From Candidatus Latescibacterota bacterium (GTDB lineage Bacteria > Latescibacterota > UBA2968 > UBA8231): 64,000 nt of DNA. Positions 18,934 to 28,636 of this stretch are shown one piece after another. The stretch's first letter is position 1, and every line of letters begins with the position of its first letter. The stretch lies in NCBI GenBank assembly GCA_965261395.1, contig OZ253462.1, positions 1,472,001-1,536,000 on the forward strand, written 5' to 3'. The notes beneath the pieces were generated by a model. The model searched no databases. It worked only from the letters and a program-made list of their open reading frames with translations, and was not told where the DNA came from. A program made the position numbers and the translations under genes.

Positions 18934-19521
18934 ATGGGACGAAAGTGTTTTATCTCCTTCAAGACAGAAGACATCGCGTTCAAACTACACATACAGAATG
19001 AACTCAACATAGATATGATAGATAAGTCACTGGATGAAGCTATCGAGTCTGAAGATGAGGACTACGTTCTCCGTCGAATTCGAGAAGACTACCTCTCGGA
19101 CTCGACTGTCACCCTGCACTTGATCGGTTTGGCAAGTGCTGAAAACCGAGGCTCCTTTGAGCAGGCATATATAAAACGAGAGTTACAAGCCTCTCTATAC
19201 AATGGACCAGGGAATACACGTAACGGAATTCTCGGAATTGTCTTACCGTTTATGGACACGTCAGTATATAGAGGGAAGTACAATTGCTATATGTGCGGCG
19301 GAGAACACAACCATATCGCCTTGAACGAGAGTACTGTGATCAGAGAATTCAGCTATAACTACTACATCCCTAATGATCGCTGCTACCATATAGAAAGTGA
19401 TCGATACTGCGTGTTGTGTAGATGGACTGATTTCTGTAGTGCCCCAGAAGCTTGGATCGAATCAGCATTCGCTAAGCGTTCTGAACCTATAGCGGACAGA
19501 ACTAGGGTTTATGTTGATTGA
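18934..19521 (+). CDS. ThsB-like TIR-domain protein (DUF1863/MTH538-type)
   Basis: RKCFISFK, IREDYLSDSTVTLHLIG, YIKRELQASL (catalytic-type Glu), RNGILGIVLP. Confidence 0.85.
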   Translation: MGRKCFISFKTEDIAFKLHIQNELNIDMIDKSLDEAIESEDEDYVLRRIREDYLSDSTVTLHLIGLASAENRGSFEQAYIKRELQASLYNGPGNTRNGILGIVLPFMDTSVYRGKYNCYMCGGEHNHIALNESTVIREFSYNYYIPNDRCYHIESDRYCVLCRWTDFCSAPEAWIESAFAKRSEPIADRTRVYVD

Positions 19522-19780
19522 TATAGGAGGAAAGATTTTTATATATCACATCCGTTTACGCTGAGCGCCATACGGCGTTTGGGGCTGCTCCCACTCCTCA
19601 TGCGTGGGGTCGTGAATGGTGAAAGCGACGTTATGCAAAACTGGCGCAGGGGCAGCCCCTAGATCCCACCCCGAAGAATCGCACACAAGAAACAACCTAT
19701 CCGAACGCTCAGAATACCGCTGGGGTATATTCCCTTGGGGTCAACGGTAGATCGAGCAAACAGAGAACGGGAGGAAATCC

Positions 19781-21538
19781 GTGTACGACGAGATTGATAG
19801 AGAAATCCAGCAGGAATACTACCACCAGAACTTTTCCAATGATGGACAACGGTTCGTAGCGTGGTATCTAAGGAACGTGCACCTTAGAGACATGAATGAG
19901 ACCAAGGACGACGTCACCGATGGACCAGACGACAAGCAGATTGACGCGATCGTGATCGATGACGAGAAATCCATCATCTTTATCGTACAGGGGAAATTCT
20001 ATAGTGGCGAGTCAGTCGATGCTGAACCTCTCCGTGAGGTACTCAGTGCCTGGATACAGATTCACGATCTGGTACGTCTCCAGGAGGTAGGAAACACCAA
20101 GCTGAAGCGGAAACTGTCTGAGGTGGCCCAAGCGCTTGAGGATGACTATGAGGTGGAGTTTGAGTTGATCACTACTTCTGGTCTTACACCCACAGCCAAC
20201 GACGATCTGGCTACCTTTCAGCGTCAATTGGCTGAGTTGTCGGAGAGTAAGGACTTGGTGTGCTCAATCAGTGTAATTGACCGAGATGAGTTACGCCGAA
20301 GGTACGATCTCGCTCTTGAGCGTGACAATCCGTCAATAGAACATACTGTCGATATGTCCTCCTGTTCCCATATGGAGATGACGTTAGATGGGACCAAAGC
20401 TGTCATAGCTGCCATTCCGTTGAGTGAGTGCATCAAGTTTCCTGGAATAAGGGATGGCACGCTGTTCCAGAAGAATGTGAGGCAAAGCTTGGGACTGAGC
20501 AATCGGGTCAATAAGGGGATCAAGAACACTATATACAGCGACCGCCATATGGATTTTTTCTTCTTTCATAATGGCATCACCGCAATCTGTAACCGGATGT
20601 CTATGGAGGAGAGCCAGCTCAAGCTCACTGGACTCAGTGTTGTCAATGGGTGTCAGTCACTCAATACGATCTTGAGCTGCAGCGAACGCGTCAAACAGCT
20701 GGCAGACACCTGCGTTTTGTTTCGTTTCTACGAGATTCCGCAAAGGGAGCGCGGCGACCGTATTAGCATTAATACAAACTCTCAGAGTTCGGTAAAGCCG
20801 CGCGATCTACGCAGCAATGATAGGCGCGTCCTTAACCTCAAAAGACGGTTTGAACAGAAGTTTTCTAATGGCTGTTTCCTAACTAAGCGAGGAGAGGTAG
20901 CGACCCCCTCGTGTGATAAGGACTACGTGCTAGACTTGTCTGATCTGGGCAAGTACCTCATCGCTTGGCATTCGCAAAGGCCCAATATTTCTTACAGCGA
21001 GACGCGCATATTCGACAAATACTTCGAGCAGCTGTTCAGACGAGACTACTCTCCAGAAAGCGCCCAAGCCCTCCACCACTGGATGAGGCACGTAAGGGAT
21101 CGTTGGACGAAGGATAACCCCTTGGGGCTGAACGAGTCACTATTGGCCATGCGCGCTTACGCTCCCTACCATCACCTATATTCTGTTTCTCTTTGCTTCT
21201 GCGTGGCAAACAACAGATCAGAAGGTGTACCAGTTCCCCAAGTGACCTATGAGAGGGTGTCTGATCATGACCTTGTCGATCAGGTCGTTGACATCGCTGG
21301 AAGTTGTCTGAACAGCGCCCTAGAAGCTGCAGCGGCTGAGCCGCTTCCCCCAAATCGTGTCTTTAGCCCCCAAAACTGGGTGAAAACCAAGAGTTGTCTG
21401 GCCGGGATTAGGGCTGCGATGCGGCAGTACTTTAACATGCTTCCTACCATGCCGATGGGAAGGGAAACGAGCCAGAAGCTCAAGGCTGGCCTCGCCATGA
21501 CCGAAGATCAGTTTGAGGCGAGATGGGCAGCAGATTGA
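19781..21538 (+). CDS. AIPR-family (abortive infection phage resistance) protein
   Basis: DGPDDKQIDA and IVQGKF nuclease-like N-terminus; LFQKNVRQSLG, FFFFHNGIT, VVNGCQS and NTNSQ AIPR motifs. Confidence 0.9.
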   Translation: MYDEIDREIQQEYYHQNFSNDGQRFVAWYLRNVHLRDMNETKDDVTDGPDDKQIDAIVIDDEKSIIFIVQGKFYSGESVDAEPLREVLSAWIQIHDLVRLQEVGNTKLKRKLSEVAQALEDDYEVEFELITTSGLTPTANDDLATFQRQLAELSESKDLVCSISVIDRDELRRRYDLALERDNPSIEHTVDMSSCSHMEMTLDGTKAVIAAIPLSECIKFPGIRDGTLFQKNVRQSLGLSNRVNKGIKNTIYSDRHMDFFFFHNGITAICNRMSMEESQLKLTGLSVVNGCQSLNTILSCSERVKQLADTCVLFRFYEIPQRERGDRISINTNSQSSVKPRDLRSNDRRVLNLKRRFEQKFSNGCFLTKRGEVATPSCDKDYVLDLSDLGKYLIAWHSQRPNISYSETRIFDKYFEQLFRRDYSPESAQALHHWMRHVRDRWTKDNPLGLNESLLAMRAYAPYHHLYSVSLCFCVANNRSEGVPVPQVTYERVSDHDLVDQVVDIAGSCLNSALEAAAAEPLPPNRVFSPQNWVKTKSCLAGIRAAMRQYFNMLPTMPMGRETSQKLKAGLAMTEDQFEARWAAD

Positions 21539-21594
21539 CTGGGTTCGGACAAACCATCCTCGAACTGTATCCCCCTCTGCCCATTAGGGCCGGG

Positions 21595-21657
21595 CATTAT
21601 GGCCTTCGCACCGCCGTACATTACTCGAACCAATTGTTTGGGCACAAGCAGTTATGT
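21595..21657 (+). repeat. attC-like repeat, copy B, ending in GTTATGT
   Basis: attactcgaaccaattgtttgggcacaagcaGTTATGT matches the copy at 27057; first 24 nt match 16514-16537 (23 of 24). Confidence 0.65.
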
Positions 21658-21708
21658 GCCATGCGACCCTCAAGAACGCCTACAGCAAAGCAGACAGAGT
21701 AAGACACC

Positions 21709-22524
21709 ATGCACCGACTTCACAGTGAAGAGACTTTGTCTATTCGGCCTCATTTTGACACTCTCAACCTCCGCCTCGTTGTAGATAGCATTATTGATGG
21801 CAAAACTCCCGCTAGAGTCTGGGCAGACGATCTAGCTGCGCCGAGGACCGTGTTAGCTTGGGAAGGCCGGTGTATCTATCTCGTAGGAGACTTTGAAGAC
21901 GCCGAAGTCAACAAAGGGCTGCGAGAGATCTTCTTGACTGAAATCCAGCCAGAGGGTCAGTCGAGAGAACTCGGGTTCTTCAAGCTCTACTATTCACCAG
22001 ATGCTTGGAGCCTCCGGCTGGAGGAGATTTTCGGCTCGCTCTCGGACAATGACGTGGAAAGACGGATTTACTGCTCTGTTCGGGACAGTTCATCGAGCAT
22101 TGCCGTCCCATCGCTCCCGCTGGAGCTCAGGCAGATCGACGCCCAATTGCTCCAAAGTGACTTTGTGCACATTGGCTTGGTCAAAGATGAGATCCTGGGA
22201 GGCTGGCCATCCTTTGAAACATTCCTCGACCAGGGATTCGGCTTCACGATGCTCGATGGGACTTCAGTTGTCTGTTGGTGTACAGCAGAATACGTGAGCG
22301 AAGGCAAGTGCGGCATAGGTATCGAGACGATTGAGGCATACCAGAGAAGGGGCATTGCTACTGTGGTGGCTGGAGAGTTTGTCAGGCACGCCCTCGCTTC
22401 AGGGGTAAATCCCCACTGGGACTGTTGGGCAAGCAACACACCATCGGTCAGGGTGGCAGAAAAGGTGGGGTTCGCCGACATGCACGACTACAAGATTGCA
22501 ATTGGCTCATTCGGCGACGGATAG
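21709..22524 (+). CDS. GNAT-family acetyltransferase
   Basis: GIETIEAYQRRGIA acetyl-CoA motif, WDC and NTPSVRVAEKVGF. Confidence 0.9.
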   Translation: MHRLHSEETLSIRPHFDTLNLRLVVDSIIDGKTPARVWADDLAAPRTVLAWEGRCIYLVGDFEDAEVNKGLREIFLTEIQPEGQSRELGFFKLYYSPDAWSLRLEEIFGSLSDNDVERRIYCSVRDSSSSIAVPSLPLELRQIDAQLLQSDFVHIGLVKDEILGGWPSFETFLDQGFGFTMLDGTSVVCWCTAEYVSEGKCGIGIETIEAYQRRGIATVVAGEFVRHALASGVNPHWDCWASNTPSVRVAEKVGFADMHDYKIAIGSFGDG

Positions 22525-22557
22525 AGGGTCGCACGACATTCCCAATGGAGCACATAG

Positions 22558-23262
22558 ATGGATAGGCCACAGGCTATTCTCTTCGATTTCATAAATACTC
22601 TCGTACGCAATCTGAAGTCCGATCCCCTCGCAGGTAACACTCGCCTTCTCGAATATGCAGTGGATCGAAAAGGTATATCACCTGAAGAGGTAACGACTGA
22701 AGCAAAAAGGCTCGATAGTGAGGTTGCTGTTGAGGGTAATTCAATCATCGAATTCACGCATCATCAGTTTAATCGACTACTCTTTGATCGACTCGGCATC
22801 ACCTTTCGTGAACCCATGGAGGTACTCGAACTGGAATTCTGGAAAGAATGTATGCTTTTCGCTCCTGAGCCCGGCATTGCCGATGTATTGACCGCCTTAT
22901 CTGCCCATGATTTGAGAATGGGAGTAGTAAGCAACCATTCAGTATCTGGAACAGTTCTCTCCTGGGAACTTCAACGTCATGAACTGCTCAACTATTTTGA
23001 ATTTGTTATCTCTAGCGCCGATTATGGGATAAGAAAGCCCCATTCCGTGATTTTCACCTCAGCGGCCACCCGATTGGGCATGGCACCTTCAGAGATATGG
23101 TATGTAGGCGACACGTTGGAGACCGATATGGTGGGGGCGAAGCAGTGCCACATGAGTGCAATCTGGTATAACAGGCGACAACAAGAGCCTGCGGATATCC
23201 CAGTTGATGCAGAGGTTAGGAGCTGGGAGGAATTTCTGGAGTTGGCTCAAACGTATTTATAG
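22558..23262 (+). CDS. HAD-family hydrolase
   Basis: LFDFINTL, VVSN, RKPH and VGDTLETDMVGA motifs. Confidence 0.9.
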   Translation: MDRPQAILFDFINTLVRNLKSDPLAGNTRLLEYAVDRKGISPEEVTTEAKRLDSEVAVEGNSIIEFTHHQFNRLLFDRLGITFREPMEVLELEFWKECMLFAPEPGIADVLTALSAHDLRMGVVSNHSVSGTVLSWELQRHELLNYFEFVISSADYGIRKPHSVIFTSAATRLGMAPSEIWYVGDTLETDMVGAKQCHMSAIWYNRRQQEPADIPVDAEVRSWEEFLELAQTYL

Positions 23263-23271
23263 GAGTTTCAC

Positions 23272-23697
23272 ATGGAAATTAGGATTGCTGAAGTAGATTC
23301 AGATTTAGAAATAGTTGGTAGTTTGTTGATTCAACTCAGACCTAGCTATGACCTACGCACTATAATCTCTCAGGTTAAGGCTCAGCAAAAGAGAGGTTAT
23401 ACCGTCGCTTATATCAAGGATGATGGTCAGGCGATTTGTGCGGCGGGATTTGTAATTGAGACCGGATTGGCTTGGGGAAAATACATGTACATTGAAGATT
23501 TAGTCACAGATGCACACCGGCGTTCCTCGGGCCTAGGCAAAGTCATGCTAGATTGGCTTAAATCTTGTGCGCGAAAAAATGACTGCGGTCAGATCCATTT
23601 GGATTCAGGCATTCAAAATTTTTCTGCACATAGATTCTATCTACGAGAGGGGTTTAATATCGCAAGTCATCATTTTTCGATTGTGAATGTCAAATGA
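23272..23697 (+). CDS. GNAT-family acetyltransferase
   Basis: YIEDLVT, RSSGLG, LDSG and AHRFYLREG motifs. Confidence 0.9.
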   Translation: MEIRIAEVDSDLEIVGSLLIQLRPSYDLRTIISQVKAQQKRGYTVAYIKDDGQAICAAGFVIETGLAWGKYMYIEDLVTDAHRRSSGLGKVMLDWLKSCARKNDCGQIHLDSGIQNFSAHRFYLREGFNIASHHFSIVNVK

Positions 23698-23750
23698 CTG
23701 TATAACCGTAATCGCGGTTTGCAGCTAAGAGTTTTGTAGGAGTAAAAAAT

Positions 23751-24677
23751 ATGAAGCTGTTGACTAGGGACTCATTCGAGAAAGCAAGGACTTTCGTGAT
23801 GGAGCAGGGCCGAGAGTTAGAAAGACGGCTTCTATCGTATTATTTCGATGATGGAACTCCAGCCGCAGTCCTAGACGAACTTGCTCGCTATCAGAATCAA
23901 GATGGCGGTTTCGGCAATGGCCTTGAACCCGATCTCCAATTGTCTGATTCATCCGTTATCACGACGACCATTGCGCTACGCATTCTCAGAGAGGTCAAAG
24001 CGACCAGTAGTGATGAGATTGTCCGCAAGGCAATCCAGTATTTACTGGCTGAATACGATTCGACCCAGAGCACATGGCCTATCGTCCCGCAAGCGGTGGA
24101 TGAATCCCCCCATGCGCCGTGGTGGAATTTTGAGAATACGGCAGATACTTTTGGTAATTTCTTGGCCAATCCTCGTGCGGAGGTCGTGGGCCATCTACAT
24201 GAATATCACGAGTTGGTACCTATAGACCTGACTAAACAGCTCACGGTAGAGGTCATAGAGCATATAAAAACATTACCAGATAAAATGAACATGTACGACT
24301 TTATCTGCTATGTTCATCTGGTTGAGACGGCTGCCCTGCCCCAATCCGCGAAAGATACGCTGGCGGAAATACTAATTCGGAGAGCACACTATGTCGTCGT
24401 TCACACGCCGAAAGAATTGATGGAACCCTCTGCCAGACCGCTCTGGTTAGCTTCTACGCCCACCTCGTTGCTAGCAGAGACACTGAAGAGCGAAATAGAT
24501 ATGAATTTGGATTTTGATATTGAGCATCAAAATTCAGATGGCTCTTGGTCTCCTGCTTGGACTTGGTATGGCCAGTATCCAGAAGCCTGGGAGCAAGCCG
24601 AGCAGCATTGGCAGAGTTGTTTGACCGTTGAGATACTAAAAGCATTAAAAGAATTTGGGCGGATTGAAAGTCTTTAG
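23751..24677 (+). CDS. Prenyltransferase/squalene-cyclase repeat (alpha/alpha toroid) family protein
   Basis: YQNQDGGFGNGLEPD, QNSDGSW and HAPWW motifs. Confidence 0.7.
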   Translation: MKLLTRDSFEKARTFVMEQGRELERRLLSYYFDDGTPAAVLDELARYQNQDGGFGNGLEPDLQLSDSSVITTTIALRILREVKATSSDEIVRKAIQYLLAEYDSTQSTWPIVPQAVDESPHAPWWNFENTADTFGNFLANPRAEVVGHLHEYHELVPIDLTKQLTVEVIEHIKTLPDKMNMYDFICYVHLVETAALPQSAKDTLAEILIRRAHYVVVHTPKELMEPSARPLWLASTPTSLLAETLKSEIDMNLDFDIEHQNSDGSWSPAWTWYGQYPEAWEQAEQHWQSCLTVEILKALKEFGRIESL

Positions 24678-25606
24678 AAGCCGTCTGAAAACCCTCTGAT
24701 GTAGCCGAATTTGAAAGGGCGTACTCATCGAGCCATATTCAGGTTTCACCACAAAATCTGAACAGAAAGGCTTGTATAATGAGTACGCCGCGTAGGCAAT
24801 ATGCCACCGATCTAACCGATGGACAATGGCAGCGGATCGAACCGTTGCTGCCCGCGCCGCGCTGGCGGCTTCACGGTCCGGGTCGGCCGCCGCGGGATCG
24901 ACGCCAAATCGTCAACGGCCTTTTATATTTGAACAAGACGGGGTGTCCTTGGGCTTTGTTGCCTGCTTGTTTTGGGCCGTGGAAAACGGGGTATGATTAC
25001 TTTCGTCGCTGGAGCCTGCAAGGGGTCTGGCCGCCGGTGTTGGATCGGTTGACCAAGCGGGAACGCCGCCAGAGCGGCCGGGCGGCGATGCCGTCGGCTG
25101 GCTGCGTCGATAGTCAGACGATTAAGACCGCAACGCATGGTAAAACAACCGGGTATGACGCCGGTAAAAAGATCAAAGGCCGCAAACGGCATTTGTTGGT
25201 GGACACGTCGGGTTTGCTTCGACAGGTGGTGGTCACCGCCGCCGATGTCGATGATCGAGAGGGTTTGAAGCAGGTGTTGACCCGCTTGAAGGCCGCCGGA
25301 GTGGCTCGGTTACGCAAGCTGTGGGTTGATGGCGGCTACCAAGGCGAGGCCATCCGAACGTGGGTGGCCAACCAAAAAAAGACGCACAAAATAGACTTGG
25401 AAGTCGTCGCCAAACAAGGCTCCGGATTTACCCTAGTTAAACGCCGGTGGGTCGTCGAGCGCACCTTGGCGTGGTTGATGAATTTTCGCCGACATGCGAG
25501 AGATTATGAGGTCTTGACCCGCCATAGTGAAGCCTTGATCCAGATTGCCATGATCCACTTGCTACTTAAACGAATCAAATGAAAATTAGAGTTTTCAGAC
25601 GGCTTC
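24677..25606 (+). mobile_element. IS5-family (IS1031-type) insertion sequence, intact
   Basis: 16-bp perfect IRs gaagccgtctgaaaac; TTA target duplication at 24674-24676 and 25607-25609. Confidence 0.92.
24779..25582 (+). CDS. IS5-family transposase
   Basis: DLTDGQW, VDSQTIK, GYDAGKKIKGRKRH, DGGY and RWVVERTLAW motifs. Confidence 0.95.
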   Translation: MSTPRRQYATDLTDGQWQRIEPLLPAPRWRLHGPGRPPRDRRQIVNGLLYLNKTGCPWALLPACFGPWKTGYDYFRRWSLQGVWPPVLDRLTKRERRQSGRAAMPSAGCVDSQTIKTATHGKTTGYDAGKKIKGRKRHLLVDTSGLLRQVVVTAADVDDREGLKQVLTRLKAAGVARLRKLWVDGGYQGEAIRTWVANQKKTHKIDLEVVAKQGSGFTLVKRRWVVERTLAWLMNFRRHARDYEVLTRHSEALIQIAMIHLLLKRIK

Positions 25607-25652
25607 TTAGAGGCGATACTATTCATATCTATCACTTCAGACCGTCCGTCTT

Positions 25653-27059
25653 ATGAACCGAGAAGACTACTTTCGCTGGGCTGAGCGAGCTGCCCGGTGG
25701 GGTGCCGAGTACCTGGCCACGCTCGATGAGCGGCCCGTTCGGGCGCAGACCGCACCGGGTGAGATCGCGGCGCTGCTGCCTTTAGCTCCACCGGAAGAGC
25801 CGGTAGATATGGAGACGATCTTCGCCGACTTTGAGCGCATCGTACCCGACGGCATGACGCACTGGCAACACCGGCGTTTCTTTGCATACTTCAGCGCCAA
25901 CGCCGCGCCGGTTTCGATGATCGCCGAAAATTTGACGGCGGTCATGGCGGCCCAGTGCATGCTCTGGCAGACCTCACCTGCAGCTACGGAGATTGAGACC
26001 CGGATGGTCGATTGGATGCGCCAGGCCCTTGGGCTGCCGGAAGGATTCCAAGGGGTTATCCAAGATTCGGGAACGTCGGCAAATGTCTGCGCCGTACTAA
26101 CGATGCGCGAGCGAGCGCTAGACTGGCGCGGGATCAATTCTGGCATGGTGGGGGAGCAACAGGTCCGGGTCTACGCCTCACCGGAGACCCACTCGTCGGT
26201 TGACAAGGCGATCCGCATCGCCGGTATCGGCCAACAGCATCTCGTCAAAGTCCCGACCGATGGTTCCTGGGCACTCGATTCGGAGATGCTCCGCCGGGCG
26301 ATTGACGCTGATCACGCGGCGGGTTTCCTCCCGGCCGGTGTCGTCCTTTGCGTTGGGGGTACGTCGATCGGCGCGTCCGACCGCGTGCACCAGACCATCG
26401 AAGTGGCACGAGAGCACGATCTCTACGTCCACATCGACGCCGCGTGGGCTGGTTCCGCGATGATCTGTCCTGAGCTACGGGAGTTGTGGGAGGGCGTCGA
26501 GGGAGCCGACAGCATCGCCTTCAATCCCCACAAGTGGCTCGGTGCGCAGTTCGACTGCTCAATCCAGTTTCTTGCGGACCCGGAACCGCAGGTTCGCACC
26601 CTCGGCGTCCGTCCGGATTACCTCCAAACCCTCGGCCAAACCGAGATCACCAATTACAGTGAGTGGACGATCCCCTTGGGGCGTCGGTTCCGCGCTCTCA
26701 AGCTCTGGTTCCTGCTACGCGCGCACGGTCTCGAAGACCTCCGCCAGCGCATCCGGAACCATATTGCCTGGGCTGAGGAGGCCGCCGCGGCGATCGCATT
26801 GCTGGATGGCTTTCGCCTGACGACGGACTGCCACCTTTCGCTCTTCACGTTCCAGTATGCCCCCGACGGCGAGAATGCCAACGACGCCACCGAGCGCCTG
26901 CTCCGCGCGGTCAACGATGACGGCCGGATCTACCTGACGCAGACAATCCACGAGGGCCAGTTCGTCATCCGCTTCCAGGTCGGGCAGTTCGACTGTAGAA
27001 GGGAGGATGTGCTCCTGGCGGTCGATGTGCTGCGGGAACTAGCCCACGCGATCCATTAA
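25653..27059 (+). CDS. PLP-dependent aromatic L-amino acid decarboxylase family protein
   Basis: MTHWQH, SPAATE, HIDAAWAG, FNPHKWL (PLP lysine) and LGRRFRALKLW motifs. Confidence 0.93.
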   Translation: MNREDYFRWAERAARWGAEYLATLDERPVRAQTAPGEIAALLPLAPPEEPVDMETIFADFERIVPDGMTHWQHRRFFAYFSANAAPVSMIAENLTAVMAAQCMLWQTSPAATEIETRMVDWMRQALGLPEGFQGVIQDSGTSANVCAVLTMRERALDWRGINSGMVGEQQVRVYASPETHSSVDKAIRIAGIGQQHLVKVPTDGSWALDSEMLRRAIDADHAAGFLPAGVVLCVGGTSIGASDRVHQTIEVAREHDLYVHIDAAWAGSAMICPELRELWEGVEGADSIAFNPHKWLGAQFDCSIQFLADPEPQVRTLGVRPDYLQTLGQTEITNYSEWTIPLGRRFRALKLWFLLRAHGLEDLRQRIRNHIAWAEEAAAAIALLDGFRLTTDCHLSLFTFQYAPDGENANDATERLLRAVNDDGRIYLTQTIHEGQFVIRFQVGQFDCRREDVLLAVDVLRELAHAIH

Positions 27060-27113
27060 GTAACATATAGTGGCCATTACCCGAACCAATTGTTCGGGTA
27101 CAAGCAGTTAGAT
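27057..27113 (+). repeat. attC-like repeat, copy C (AAGTAAC ... GTTAGAT)
   Basis: Starts at the stop codon of the upstream gene; internal hairpin; canonical GTTRRRY core site. Confidence 0.7.
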
Positions 27114-27124
27114 GACATGAGCAA

Positions 27125-27631
27125 ATGCCTGGTATGAAAAGCCATCATCGACATCGATTTCATGGCGATCCAAAACGTTTTGATGTGCTTGCATCATATA
27201 TCGACGTGCGCTTTGGAAATACGGTCCACTATCTCGCTGATGTTGCTGGCGGGCAAGGCATGTTAACTCGGATTCTACGTAAGAGGTACAATTACGATTG
27301 CGAGGTTGTCGATCCTCGCGCCCGGACTCTCAAAGGCGTGCCAAACCGAGCCGTGGAATTCGATTCCTCGATGACTGACTACTATGACTTGATTATTGGG
27401 TTGCATGCCGACGAAGCCACTCGTCCTGTAGCCCAAGCGGCTCTTAGTCGACCGGTAATCCTCGTACCTTGTTGCAATTTTTGGTCCGAGGAGAAGCTGG
27501 GACGGGACGAATTACTCGATGCTATCGAAGATTACTACCGTTGTCATAAGGTGTCCTTTGAACGAGTCGAATTCCCGTTCAAGGGGCCCAAGAATATTGG
27601 TATTGTATCAGAGCCGCCCAAGAAATCGTAA
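27125..27631 (+). CDS. Hypothetical protein with SAM-methyltransferase-like motifs (cassette gene)
   Basis: ADVAGGQG, GLHADEAT and VPCC motifs; bounded by complementary GTTAGATGAC/GTCATCTAAC. Confidence 0.65.
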   Translation: MPGMKSHHRHRFHGDPKRFDVLASYIDVRFGNTVHYLADVAGGQGMLTRILRKRYNYDCEVVDPRARTLKGVPNRAVEFDSSMTDYYDLIIGLHADEATRPVAQAALSRPVILVPCCNFWSEEKLGRDELLDAIEDYYRCHKVSFERVEFPFKGPKNIGIVSEPPKKS

Positions 27632-27694
27632 GTTCAGTAAGGGGTCTCACGTCATCTAACTCTACACCTCTAACAGAGTAGGAGAAACACAGGC

Positions 27695-28057
27695 ATGGAA
27701 CGCGCGTACCCCATCCTCCGGATTGACGATTACGAAGAGGCAAAGAGCTACTACATCGAGTTTTTGGGATTCAAAATTGACTTTGAGTGGCGTCACGCCG
27801 AGGATTTCCCCATCTATATGGGCGTTTCGCGAGGCGGCTTAGCACTTCACTTATCGGAGCATCTCGGCGAACCGGCCGGCCGGCCTGGAGCAGTCCAGCT
27901 TCAAGTCGAGAACGTCCTCGAGATCTATGAAGAGCTAAAGAGTAAAAAGAGCGACATGACGGAAGAGCCCATCGACCAGGCATGGGGATCGACGGAGCTA
28001 AAGCTTATGGATCCATTTGAAAATCAGCTAACCTTCACGAGCCCTACTCCCAAGTAG
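27695..28057 (+). CDS. Glyoxalase/bleomycin-resistance (VOC) family protein
   Basis: YIEFLGFKIDFEWR, LHLSEH and WGSTELKLMDPFEN motifs. Confidence 0.9.
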   Translation: MERAYPILRIDDYEEAKSYYIEFLGFKIDFEWRHAEDFPIYMGVSRGGLALHLSEHLGEPAGRPGAVQLQVENVLEIYEELKSKKSDMTEEPIDQAWGSTELKLMDPFENQLTFTSPTPK

Positions 28058-28069
28058 AAGCTAACCTTA

Positions 28070-28636
28070 ATGGAGAAGCTGACGGAACGCCTACTCCTGA
28101 GGGAGTTTACCAAACAAGACGTGGACGCCGTCGCCGAGTTTAGGAGAGACCCAAGGTATCTGGAATACTATTACCGGCCCGCCTACACTAGAGAAGAGTG
28201 CGTCCGCTTTGTAGAAAAGTGCATCGCATGGTCCAAAGAAAGTCCGAGATGCAAGTTCCAGCTAGCCATCACGGATCGCTCAAACGGGGTATTACTCGGG
28301 GACTGCGGAGTACGCACAGAAAGCATTGAGAGTCGGCGAGGCGACATAGGCTACGAGTTGTCGCCCGTTTATTGGGGTCAAGGCTTTGCCTCAGAGGCGG
28401 TCCGGAGCATCCTGCAGGTAGGTTTTGAAGATTTGGAGCTAGACGAGATTGAAGCTAGATGCGTTGTTGCAAACAAACGGTCTGTCCGGCTTCTCCACCG
28501 GCTAGGTTTCGAGGAGACCGAGCGTGTACCGCTCGGACTGAGTAGCGGCGCATTTAAGGACCGCATGTTGCCCAGGCGGTATGTATTTCTTTTGTCTCGG
28601 GACAAATGGATTGAGCATCCCCATGTTTTTTATTAG
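28070..28636 (+). CDS. RimJ/RimL-type GNAT acetyltransferase
   Basis: TERLLLREF, IGYEL..YWGQGFASEA and NKRSVRLL..LGF motifs. Confidence 0.9.
   Translation: MEKLTERLLLREFTKQDVDAVAEFRRDPRYLEYYYRPAYTREECVRFVEKCIAWSKESPRCKFQLAITDRSNGVLLGDCGVRTESIESRRGDIGYELSPVYWGQGFASEAVRSILQVGFEDLELDEIEARCVVANKRSVRLLHRLGFEETERVPLGLSSGAFKDRMLPRRYVFLLSRDKWIEHPHVFY

Noticed and set aside
17908-19521. Canonical Thoeris annotation
   Set aside because: No ThsA-type SIR2, SLOG or Macro effector adjacent; kept as a novel-variant finding instead
17707-27113. Palindromic repeats as a CRISPR array
   Set aside because: Copies are kilobases apart and separated by whole genes; there are no spacers and no cas genes
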